Below are positions 1 through 8,106 of a DNA stretch of 64,000 nucleotides, piece by piece. Each line of letters begins with the position of its first letter. Position 1 is the first letter of the stretch. The notes below the pieces were generated by a model. That model was not told where the DNA came from and searched no databases. It was given only the letters and a program-made list of their open reading frames with translations. The position numbers and the translations under genes are program-made. The stretch comes from Aeriscardovia sp. (GTDB taxonomy: Bacteria > Actinomycetota > Actinomycetes > Actinomycetales > Bifidobacteriaceae): assembly GCA_017965665.1 (NCBI GenBank), contig JAGCPN010000002.1, forward strand, positions 3,479-67,478, in the 5' to 3' direction.

Positions 1-874
1 ACTCAGTGCCGTAACGCGCGGAAATGACTGACAGGTGCGAGAGGGAATCGCTTTGAATTTCCGAGCCTATCGCCACCCCTACCCCTTCTCTGGAGATGGA
101 GGCCATGATTCGGATTAGGGAGATCTCCTCTTCGAGGGCATCCAGGAGGGGGGCCAAAAAGTCTTTGCCTATCTCCCTGTATGCGAGGTTCACCCCGTAC
201 ACGTACACTTCCCTCTTTGCGCACGCTCCAAACTCCATGCTCTCCGAAAGCGCCTGCAAAAACTTTTCCTCTTTGGGGCCCGAAGGAGCGATGGAGGCTA
301 TCTTTCTTCCCAGAGAGGAAATGGGGGCGCCGGAGAGCTCCCTGTTGATTTTTTCCACTTCCTCCCCGATTTCCTCTCTGGAGAGCCCCGGATTTTCCAT
401 GCCCGTCTTTTCCACCTGGCCGTTGTCGGAAATGAGTATTACGGTCAGCTGATCTTTTCCCACGACTTCGAGCCTGTGGAGGGAGAGGGAGGAAATCGGA
501 GGAGCGACGCCTACCGCCACCTGCCCCGTGGCGCCTGCCAGAAACTTGACCGCCTCTTCTATACCCTCTTCGAGCCCCGAAGAGGCGGAGAGGATGGATT
601 TTAGGGCGCTGGATTGGGAAGGAGGCGCGCAGGAGGGCGCAAGGGAATCTACAAAGCTCCTGTAGGCCTTGTCGGTGGGCACCCTTCCGGCGGAAGGATG
701 GGGTTCTACAAGGTACCCCTCGCGCTCGAGGGCGGCCATGTCATTTCTTATGGTGGCCGAGCTTATGGGGACGGGAAACTCGCGGACCACGCTCCCCGAA
801 GCCACGGGCTCGTGGGTCCGGATGTATTTTTCGACTACAATCTTGAGCACCAGCGCCTGCCGATCTTGGTGCAC
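1..874 (-). CDS. hrcA: Heat-inducible transcription repressor HrcA (3' end runs off the window)
   Basis: Absent from the ORF track because no stop codon lies inside the window. Manual reverse translation from GTG at 874 (AAGGAGG 7 nt upstream) gives VHQDRQALVLKIVVEKYIRTHEPVASGSVVREFPVPISSATIRNDMAALEREGYLVEPHPSAGRVPTDKAYRSF... I saw no stops down to the window edge. SSATIRNDMAxLE and HxSAGRVPT are HrcA signatures. Confidence 0.9.
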   Translation of the reverse strand, partial: MHQDRQALVLKIVVEKYIRTHEPVASGSVVREFPVPISSATIRNDMAALEREGYLVEPHPSAGRVPTDKAYRSFVDSLAPSCAPPSQSSALKSILSASSGLEEGIEEAVKFLAGATGQVAVGVAPPISSLSLHRLEVVGKDQLTVILISDNGQVEKTGMENPGLSREEIGEEVEKINRELSGAPISSLGRKIASIAPSGPKEEKFLQALSESMEFGACAKREVYVYGVNLAYREIGKDFLAPLLDALEEEISLIRIMASISREGVGVAIGSEIQSDSLSHLSVISARYGTE

Positions 875-922
875 TTTTCCGCCTCCTTAGGCTTGAAATG
901 GGAAGACGACAATATTATCGTT

Positions 923-949
923 TTAGCACTCAATGGCCGAGAGTGCTAT
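923..949. promoter_or_regulatory. CIRCE operator (HrcA binding site)
   Basis: TTAGCACTC-aatggccga-GAGTGCTAt is a 9-nt inverted repeat with a 9-nt spacer. It matches the CIRCE consensus TTAGCACTC-N9-GAGTGCTAA at all but the last base. It lies about 50 nt upstream of the hrcA start. Confidence 0.85.
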
Positions 950-1056
950 ATTTTGCGGGAAATTCCTCTTTCTGTTAAAAATTTATGGCCCGCATTCTAA
1001 TCTTTAAAATGAGAGTTTTTACCTCTCCGTCACTGTTTTTCAATTAAGGAATTGAA

Positions 1057-3117
1057 ATGGATGAGTTGAAAAAATCCAATTTGGACGAAAGAACCATAGC
1101 CATGGCCAAGGGGCTGATAGCCGACGCCGTGCAAAAGGCGGGAAGCGGCCACCCCGGGAGCGCAATCTCCATGACCCCTATCGTCTACACCCTCTACCAG
1201 TACGTTCTCAGGCACGATCCTTTGGATCCTAAGTGGGAGGGCCGGGACAGATTCATCCTCTCTTCCGGCCACGCATCCCTGTCTCAGTACGTGCAGCTCT
1301 TCCTGGCGGGCTACCTCACCTTAGACGACATAAAGGGCTACAGGACCATGAACTCCAAGACCCCCGGCCACCCCGAATACGGCCTGACGGAGGGGATTGA
1401 AATGACGACCGGACCCCTGGGCCAGGGAATTTCCACCGCAGTGGGCTTCGCCATGGCCTCGCGGTTCGAGTCGGCGCTTTTGGGAAGCGATCTGTTCTCC
1501 CATGAAGTGTGGACGCTGTGCGGCGAAGGGGACATAGAGGAGGGGGTGAGCGCAGAGGCTTCGTCCCTTGCCGGGACCCAGAAGCTCGGCAACCTCTTTG
1601 CAATCTTCGACTGCAACGGGATCCAGATCGAAGGGGACACCTCCATCACCCTCACCGAAGACGTCCTCGGGCGCTACAAGAGCTACGGCTGGTACACCGA
1701 CCGGGTGAGCTTCAACACTCCCCAGGGCTACAAGGAAGATATTCAGGCCCTCATCAGGGCCATAAAGAAGGCGAGGAAGGTCACAGACCGCCCGCACTTC
1801 ATACAGGTGGACACCGTCATAGCCTGGCCCACACCCGGCAAGGCGGGAAGCGAAAAGACCCACGGTTCCCCCCTGGGAGAAGAGGCCGTGAAAGCGCTCA
1901 AAAAGGAACTCGGGCTTGAAGAAGACGAGGCCTTCCAGGTAGATCCCGACCTCCTCTCCCGCGCGCGGGGCGCAATCAAGAGGGGAGAGGAAGCCAAGAA
2001 AGCCTGGATGGAAAAGTTTAAGGCCTGGGAGAGCGAGAACCCCGAAGCTGCGGCCATGCACGAGAGGCTGCGCGCGGGGCGCCTCCCCGAGGGATTTGAC
2101 AGGGCCCTGGATGATCTCGAGGCCTCCCTCTCCCTCGAGCCCCTCCCCACCAGGGCGTCTTCAGGCAAAGCCCTGAACGCCATAGCGAAAGTGATGCCGG
2201 AGCTGTGGGGCGGGAGCGCGGATCTGGGAGGATCCAACAATACCGTGATAGAAGGCGCGGCCTCGTTCGGGCCCGAAGGGTCCGGCACGAAGCAGTGGCC
2301 AAATTCCGGGCCTGCCGGAAGGGTGGTGCACTTCGGGGTCAGGGAGTTTGCGATGGGGGCCGTGACCAACGGCATCCTTTTGGGATCTTCCACCCGGTGC
2401 TTCGGGGGGACTTTCCTCCAGTTTGTGGACTATGAGAGGGCGGCGGTGAGGCTCGCCGCCCTCATGGACATCCCCAACATCTTCATCCTCACCCACGACT
2501 CGGTGGCCCTGGGCGAAGACGGCCCCACCCACCAGCCCGTAGAGCAGCTCTCCTCCCTCAGGGCCATGCCGAACCTGGACGTGATAAGGCCCTGCGACGC
2601 CTTTGAAACCTGCGAGGCGTGGAGGGAGATCTTTGAAAAGGAAGGGTCCGCCCCCTCCGCCCTGATCCTCACCCGCCAAAAAGTGCCTACGCTCTCCCTC
2701 ACCCGCCAAAAGGCCAAAGAAGGGCTTGCCAAGGGGGCGTACCTGCTCAAAGGGGGAGAAGAGGACGACATCATCCTGATGGCGAGCGGATCCGAAGTTG
2801 CGCTCATAGTTGAGGCCTCGGAAGAATTGGAGAAAATGGGAATAAGGGCCAGGGTGGTTTCTGTTCCATGTATGGAGTGGTTCGACCGCCAGCCCCTTTC
2901 CTACAGGCTCTCTGTCATGCCTGACGAAATAAGGGCAAGGGTGGCCGTGGAAGCCGCAAGCCCCATGAGCTGGTACAAGTACGTAGGGCTTTCCGGCAGG
3001 TGCGTGTGCATAGACAGGTTCGGCCTGCAGGGCAGCGGTTCGCAGAACATGAAGGCCCTGGGCATGACGGTCGAAAACGTAGTTGAGAACGCCCTGGACG
3101 CCCTGAGGGAAGAGTAA
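1057..3117 (+). CDS. tkt: Transketolase
   Basis: 686-aa ORF with AAGGA 6 nt before the ATG. Motifs seen: GSGHPGSAISMTPI, GEGDIEEGVSAEA (ThDP-binding region) and THDSVALGEDGPTHQPVEQL (transketolase signature). Confidence 0.95.
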   Translation: MDELKKSNLDERTIAMAKGLIADAVQKAGSGHPGSAISMTPIVYTLYQYVLRHDPLDPKWEGRDRFILSSGHASLSQYVQLFLAGYLTLDDIKGYRTMNSKTPGHPEYGLTEGIEMTTGPLGQGISTAVGFAMASRFESALLGSDLFSHEVWTLCGEGDIEEGVSAEASSLAGTQKLGNLFAIFDCNGIQIEGDTSITLTEDVLGRYKSYGWYTDRVSFNTPQGYKEDIQALIRAIKKARKVTDRPHFIQVDTVIAWPTPGKAGSEKTHGSPLGEEAVKALKKELGLEEDEAFQVDPDLLSRARGAIKRGEEAKKAWMEKFKAWESENPEAAAMHERLRAGRLPEGFDRALDDLEASLSLEPLPTRASSGKALNAIAKVMPELWGGSADLGGSNNTVIEGAASFGPEGSGTKQWPNSGPAGRVVHFGVREFAMGAVTNGILLGSSTRCFGGTFLQFVDYERAAVRLAALMDIPNIFILTHDSVALGEDGPTHQPVEQLSSLRAMPNLDVIRPCDAFETCEAWREIFEKEGSAPSALILTRQKVPTLSLTRQKAKEGLAKGAYLLKGGEEDDIILMASGSEVALIVEASEELEKMGIRARVVSVPCMEWFDRQPLSYRLSVMPDEIRARVAVEAASPMSWYKYVGLSGRCVCIDRFGLQGSGSQNMKALGMTVENVVENALDALREE

Positions 3118-3127
3118 AAGGAGAAAA

Positions 3128-4216
3128 ATGGCAGTAAACGAAAATATGGCTCGGCTGGAGTCAAACGGCGTATCGGTATGGCTAGACAGCCTCTCTAGGG
3201 ACCTTATGGGATCCGGCAAGCTCCAGAGCCTGATAGATGAGGAGGGGGTGTGCGGCGTCACCACCAATCCCAGCATCTTCTACAAGGCCATACACGGATC
3301 CTCCCTGTATGACGAGGAGATAAAGGCCGCAGGATCTTCCGCTTCAGCCGTCCTCTACAGCCTCATGATCAAAGACGTGCGCTCCGCCTGCGACATCTTC
3401 CGTCCCACCGCCGAAAAGAGCGGTTGGGTGAACGGAAGGGTCTCTTTGGAAGTCGACCCCAACATCTCCAACGATGCGGAAGCGATGATAGATGCGGCGC
3501 AGAAGGTCTGGGAGAAGATAGAGCGCAAGAACGCCATGGTGAAGATTCCCGCCACCCCCGCGGGCTTTGAAGCCACAAGGTTCTGCATAGGGCATGGAAT
3601 CAGCGTGAACATGACCCTCCTGTTTTCCCTGCCCCACTACCAGGCGGCGGCCAACGCCTTCCTCGACGGCGCCATGGACGCCCTGCACAGCGATGTGGAC
3701 CTGCGCCCCCTGGGAGGCGTAGCTTCCCTCTTCATCTCCAGAATCGACACCAAAGTCGACTCCATGCTGGACAAGATCGGCACCCCCGAAGCCCTGGCGC
3801 TCAAGGGCAAGGCCGCGGTCGCAAACGCCTCCCTGGCCTACGGCATGTTTGAAAAGATCTTCAGCTCCGATCCCCGCTGGATGGAGCTGGAGAGGGCGGG
3901 AGTGCACCCCCAGAGGCTGCTGTGGGCGAGCACTTCCGTCAAGAACCCCGCCTATCCCGACTGCAAGTACGTAGATTCCCTCGTCGCCCCCAAGACGGTA
4001 AACACTATGCCTCTTGCGACCCTCGAAGCCGAGGCCGACCACGGCAAGGGCCTCCCCTCCGACTTCGACTTCGATGAGAGCCGCAGGGTGATAGAGAGCC
4101 TCGCCGCCCTCGGAATCGATATAGAGAAGGTGTCTGAGGATCTCCAGAAGGACGGGATAGCCCAGTTCGTGGATTCCTGGAACTCGCTGGTGGGCGAAAT
4201 CGAAAAGAAGATGTAG
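3128..4216 (+). CDS. tal: Transaldolase (long actinobacterial type)
   Basis: 362-aa ORF starting 10 nt after tkt. Contains GVTTNPSIF and AMVKIPAT (Schiff-base lysine region). The tkt-tal pairing is typical. Confidence 0.93.
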   Translation: MAVNENMARLESNGVSVWLDSLSRDLMGSGKLQSLIDEEGVCGVTTNPSIFYKAIHGSSLYDEEIKAAGSSASAVLYSLMIKDVRSACDIFRPTAEKSGWVNGRVSLEVDPNISNDAEAMIDAAQKVWEKIERKNAMVKIPATPAGFEATRFCIGHGISVNMTLLFSLPHYQAAANAFLDGAMDALHSDVDLRPLGGVASLFISRIDTKVDSMLDKIGTPEALALKGKAAVANASLAYGMFEKIFSSDPRWMELERAGVHPQRLLWASTSVKNPAYPDCKYVDSLVAPKTVNTMPLATLEAEADHGKGLPSDFDFDESRRVIESLAALGIDIEKVSEDLQKDGIAQFVDSWNSLVGEIEKKM

Positions 4217-4231
4217 CCTGAAGGCATAAAA

Positions 4232-4280
4232 AGAGGCCGGACTGACTCTACAGAAAGCCTGTCCGACCTCTTTTTTTATT
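4232..4280. terminator. Bidirectional intrinsic terminator between tal and the convergent GNAT gene
   Basis: AGAGGCCGGAC (4232-4242) pairs with GTCCGACCTCT (4261-4271) with one mismatch. The stem is flanked by an A-run upstream and TTTTTTTATTTT downstream. Confidence 0.6.
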
Positions 4281-4289
4281 TTACCCTTT

Positions 4290-4745
4290 TCAGCCTATGA
4301 GGTCTTTGGAGTAGAAGCTCGTCCTGTGGACATACCCCAGCTTTTGGGAGAGGGAGATCATGGGATCCGATACGCTGTCAAAGTAGACGGCGCACACGTT
4401 CCTCGCCCTCAGCTCCACTTCGCCCTGGGAAATCATATCGGCCATGATTCCCTGCTTCCTCTTTTCGGGTACCGTGTACACGTTGCACATGTACGCGTAG
4501 TTGCCGTTGTCTACGAGGCCGGGAATGTTGTGCTCCACCACGAAGGTGCAGGTGGCATCTATTTTCCCTTCGTTTTCGCTGACCAGTATCAGCGTGTTCA
4601 CATTTCCTATGGACTGGGAAATCCACTTCTCTATGGCTTCCACCTTCTCCGGATCCGCCGGGGCGTCCGGATGGAGGGACTTCTGCTCGTCAAGCCTGAG
4701 CTTTACGAGCTCCTGGGCATCTTTTTCAAGCGCGTAACGTATCAT
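4290..4745 (-). CDS. GNAT family N-acetyltransferase
   Basis: 151-aa ORF. The segment VYTVPEKRKQGIMADMI resembles the acetyl-CoA binding motif A of the GNAT fold, and the size is typical. Confidence 0.7.
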   Translation of the reverse strand: MIRYALEKDAQELVKLRLDEQKSLHPDAPADPEKVEAIEKWISQSIGNVNTLILVSENEGKIDATCTFVVEHNIPGLVDNGNYAYMCNVYTVPEKRKQGIMADMISQGEVELRARNVCAVYFDSVSDPMISLSQKLGYVHRTSFYSKDLIG

Positions 4746-4749
4746 TTCA

Positions 4750-5007
4750 TCACCAAGCCGTAAATCCGAACCTTGTCAGGAGCCCAAGGCCGATTATCGT
4801 CAAAATCCATATGAGGGCCACAATCACCGTGATCCGGTTGAGGTTCTTTTCCGCCACTCCCGACGTGCTGGCGCTCTGCCCGCTGGCCGAAGCTCCGAAC
4901 ATGTCGGAAAGGCCCCCTCCCTTGCCCTTGTGCATGAGGATGAGGAGGGTGAGGAGGATGCTGGTGACGATCACCAGGATGTCCAAAATTATTACCAGCG
5001 CCTTCAT
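4750..5007 (-). CDS. secG: Preprotein translocase subunit SecG
   Basis: 85-aa protein with two TM segments and the LLILMHKGKGGGLSDMFG motif. It sits downstream of tpiA as in other actinobacteria. Confidence 0.9.
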   Translation of the reverse strand: MKALVIILDILVIVTSILLTLLILMHKGKGGGLSDMFGASASGQSASTSGVAEKNLNRITVIVALIWILTIIGLGLLTRFGFTAW

Positions 5008-5008
5008 G

Positions 5009-5779
5009 TCACTCCTTCCCGGCCAGGCACCGAAATATAGAGGCGAACTCTGCGGGATTGAGGCCGGCCCTGCCGACGAGAAACCCTCCGAGCCCGAGGC
5101 CCTTGAGGGATTCTATATTCCTTTCGTTCACCGACCCCCCGTAGAGGATCTTTGGGGAGGCGCCGAATTTACCGAAAAGATCGGATTCGAGCGCCCCGGC
5201 CGCCCGTCGGATTATGTCCGGAGAGGCGGTGACCGACGATCCTATGGCCCACACGGGCTCGTAGGAGACGATCACTTTGCCTCTCTCTTCAGGGTCAAGA
5301 TCGCAAAAGACCTCCTCGGCCTGGGAGCAGATTTCTTCCAGTCCCTCCACACTTTTTTCCTTCTCCCCCACGCAGAGGATCGGGGTGATGCGGCAGGCTA
5401 TGGCGTTTTTCACCTTGCCCACCAGTTCTTCGCGCGTCTCGTGATGATTCTTCCTGCTCTCCGAGTGGCCAACCAGGACAAACTTGCATCCGAGACGGGA
5501 GAGCATCGAAGCTGAAACTTCCCCCGTAAACGCCCCCGAAGGGTGGGGGGAGACGTCCTGGGCCCCCAGGGAGAGGGGGCAGCGGTAGGAGGCGGAGAAC
5601 ACCTGCGCCGTGCGCAGGCTCGTAAAGGGGGGGAAGATCGCCATCTCCACTCCCGATCCTTCCGCCTCCTTTTCAGGCAAAAGAAGGCTCAGCTCCCTTA
5701 TGAACTCCAGCGTCTGGAGGTGGTCCATATTCATCTTCCAGTTGGCGGCCAGGAGGCAGGGGGCGAAGGCAACAGGCAT
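5009..5779 (-). CDS. tpiA: Triosephosphate isomerase
   Basis: 256 aa with AANWKMN, VGHSESR, YEPVWAIGS and ILYGGSV motifs. Confidence 0.93.
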   Translation of the reverse strand: MPVAFAPCLLAANWKMNMDHLQTLEFIRELSLLLPEKEAEGSGVEMAIFPPFTSLRTAQVFSASYRCPLSLGAQDVSPHPSGAFTGEVSASMLSRLGCKFVLVGHSESRKNHHETREELVGKVKNAIACRITPILCVGEKEKSVEGLEEICSQAEEVFCDLDPEERGKVIVSYEPVWAIGSSVTASPDIIRRAAGALESDLFGKFGASPKILYGGSVNERNIESLKGLGLGGFLVGRAGLNPAEFASIFRCLAGKE

Positions 5780-5782
5780 ATT

Positions 5783-6979
5783 TTACTTTTCCTTGAGCGC
5801 GGGAAGCCCTTCTCCCTTGAGGAACTCCAAGGAGGCGCCGCCTCCGGTGGAAATGTGGGAGAAGTCCCCGTCTTTGAATCCGAATGCGTCCACTGCGGCT
5901 GCGCTGTCCCCGCCTCCGATGATCGTGAACGCCCCGTTTGCGGTGGCCTCCTTCATGGCATTGGCTATAAAGCGGGTGCCCTCCGCGAACTTCGGAAACT
6001 CGAACACGCCCAGAGGGCCGTTCCAAAACACGGTTTTGGAATCTTTGATTTTAGAGGCGAACTCTTCGCAGGTCTTGGGGCCTACGTCCATCCCCATCAT
6101 GTCATCGGGCACCTGGTAGGCATCCACTATCTCGCAGGAGGCATCGTTGGAGAAGGCGTCGGCCACGACGAGGTCTTTGGGGAGGAGGAATTCTACCCCT
6201 TTCTCCTTTGCGATCCTCATGCACTCCCTGGCTTCGTCCAGCATGTCGGGCTCGAGGAGGGACTGGCCGATCTCCCCTCCATTGGCTTTTATGAAGGTGT
6301 AGGCCATGCCGCCGGCTATGAGGATTCTGTCGGCCACGTCCAGGAGGTTGACTATGACCTTGAGCTTGTCGGAGACCTTGGCCCCGCCCATTACGACCGT
6401 GTAAGGCCTGGCGGGATCCTCGAGGGCGCGGGTGAGCGCAGCCTGCTCTTTGGCTACCAAAAGCCCCATGTAGCTGGGCAAAAGCTTTGAGACGTCGTAA
6501 CTGGATGCGTGCTTCCTATGGGCGACCCCGAAGCCGTCAAAGACGAAGATGTCGGCCAGGGAGGCGAGGTCTTCGGCCAGCTTCATCCTCTCGGCTTCAT
6601 CCTTGCTCGTCTCTTCGGGCCTGAAGCGTATGTTTTCCAAAAGCAGGACCTCGCCGGGCTTGAGATTTTTGGCCAGTTCCTTTGAATCCGGGCCCGCCGC
6701 GTCCTTGGCGAGCTTCACCGGGGCGCCGAGGAGCTCGGAGAGCCTTTGCGCCACGGGGGCCAGGCTGTAGGCCTTGTCTTCCTTTCCGCCGGGGCGGCCC
6801 AGGTGGGCCGTTATCACCAATTTGGCCCCGCGATCCAAAAGGCTCTTCAGAGTGGGGATGGCGGCTTTGATGCGCCTGTCGTCAGTTATCTCCCCCTTGT
6901 CATTTTCAGGCACGTTGAAGTCGCACCTGACCAGGACGGTCTTTCCCGTCAGATCTCCCAGTTTTTCTATACTTTCCAT
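5783..6979 (-). CDS. pgk: Phosphoglycerate kinase
   Basis: 398 aa with VLVRCDFNVP, TAHLGRPGG and IIGGGDSAAAV motifs. Confidence 0.95.
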   Translation of the reverse strand: MESIEKLGDLTGKTVLVRCDFNVPENDKGEITDDRRIKAAIPTLKSLLDRGAKLVITAHLGRPGGKEDKAYSLAPVAQRLSELLGAPVKLAKDAAGPDSKELAKNLKPGEVLLLENIRFRPEETSKDEAERMKLAEDLASLADIFVFDGFGVAHRKHASSYDVSKLLPSYMGLLVAKEQAALTRALEDPARPYTVVMGGAKVSDKLKVIVNLLDVADRILIAGGMAYTFIKANGGEIGQSLLEPDMLDEARECMRIAKEKGVEFLLPKDLVVADAFSNDASCEIVDAYQVPDDMMGMDVGPKTCEEFASKIKDSKTVFWNGPLGVFEFPKFAEGTRFIANAMKEATANGAFTIIGGGDSAAAVDAFGFKDGDFSHISTGGGASLEFLKGEGLPALKEK

Positions 6980-7040
6980 ATTGCCTTCCTATAGGTCAAA
7001 GCGCCTTTTTCAGTATGAGTCTAATTCAAAAGGCCTTAAA

Positions 7041-8036
7041 TTAATATTTAGACCGCCCCTCGCCCTTGGCTTGCTCGGCGTCCAGGGCCATCCTGTAAAG
7101 GCGCCTCATTCTGCCGGCTACGGCGTCTTTGCTGATGGGAGGGTCGGCCAGGTTCCCCAGTTCGCTCAGGGACGCGGTGGGGTGTGCGAGCCTGAGCTCT
7201 CCGGCCATCCTGAGTTCCGGCTTGATTTGGCGCCCTTCCAGGACGTGGAAGGCCCAGCGGATCCTTTCGCAGGCGTTGTGGCTGGCTTCAAAGCTGCGCT
7301 TGCGGTTGGCCTCGAAAAGCTGGGTCACAACGTGTCTGGCCTCCGCATCGCCCCGGCGCTCGTAAACTTCGGAGGCCCTCTTTGCGCACTCCCTGGCTCC
7401 TATGAGGTTTAAAAGCTTTACAGACTGGGCGGGAGGAGCCACTTCAACGCTCTTGTGCCTGCCCCGGGAGTTTATCTGCACCCCCACCCCCAGCGTAGAG
7501 GCCGCCTCTTCCAATTGGGAAGCGAGTTCGGGAAACGAGCAGTAAATTTTGGCGCCGGACTTTTCCGTGGGCGCCTCCCCGCGGGCCAAAAACGCGCCCC
7601 TCCACACCGTCTTGGCGACGGGGATGGAGGAGACGTCGACAAACGCGGGGAAGGAGGGCACTATCCTCTTGGTCTTCACATCCAGAAGCCTGCTAAACAG
7701 CAGCAGCTTTTTTGCCTCTATGCTCCTAAAGGAGAGATGAAAGGAAGGGCTTGCCGCCTGGGAGGGCTCCTTTTTTAGCTCGGAGGGAAGCGAGTAGGCT
7801 TCTTCCACGGCGTCCTTCAGCCATTCGGCCGCAGTATGGGATCTGAATGTGCACTCCAGCAAGAGCTTTCCGCCCAAAACGCCTATCCTCATAGCCAGCC
7901 TTAGCATGACGGCTATCTGGATTTCCCTCATAGAAGGGCTGAGGCTCACTTCCGCCAATTCTTTATAGATTTCGTTTCCCTTCAACACTTCGCCTCTCTC
8001 ACCGCTTTTTTTGAAAAACCGCATACGCGCGCCCAA
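7041..8036 (-). CDS. whiA: Sporulation/cell-division regulator WhiA
   Basis: 331 aa with the C-terminal HTH ELGNLADPPISKDAVAGRMRRL typical of WhiA. It sits upstream of pgk. The start is uncertain: TTG at 8036 or ATG at 8024. Confidence 0.85.
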   Translation of the reverse strand: MGARMRFFKKSGERGEVLKGNEIYKELAEVSLSPSMREIQIAVMLRLAMRIGVLGGKLLLECTFRSHTAAEWLKDAVEEAYSLPSELKKEPSQAASPSFHLSFRSIEAKKLLLFSRLLDVKTKRIVPSFPAFVDVSSIPVAKTVWRGAFLARGEAPTEKSGAKIYCSFPELASQLEEAASTLGVGVQINSRGRHKSVEVAPPAQSVKLLNLIGARECAKRASEVYERRGDAEARHVVTQLFEANRKRSFEASHNACERIRWAFHVLEGRQIKPELRMAGELRLAHPTASLSELGNLADPPISKDAVAGRMRRLYRMALDAEQAKGEGRSKY

Positions 8037-8106
8037 GAGGGCGGAGCTTTAAACGTTTTTTTGAAATTTCCCTGTAGCAACTGTTTCGTTTTCTATTTTA
8101 CAGTCA

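Noticed and set aside
2668-2712. 15-nt direct repeat CCTCACCCGCCAAAA occurring twice, 30 nt apart and in frame, within tkt (LTRQK...LTRQK).
   Set aside because: Only the first 15-16 nt of each 30-nt unit match. The region aligns with the normal ...LTRQ.(L/V)P... segment of transketolases without an obvious insertion. It is probably coincidental or an old micro-duplication of no functional note.
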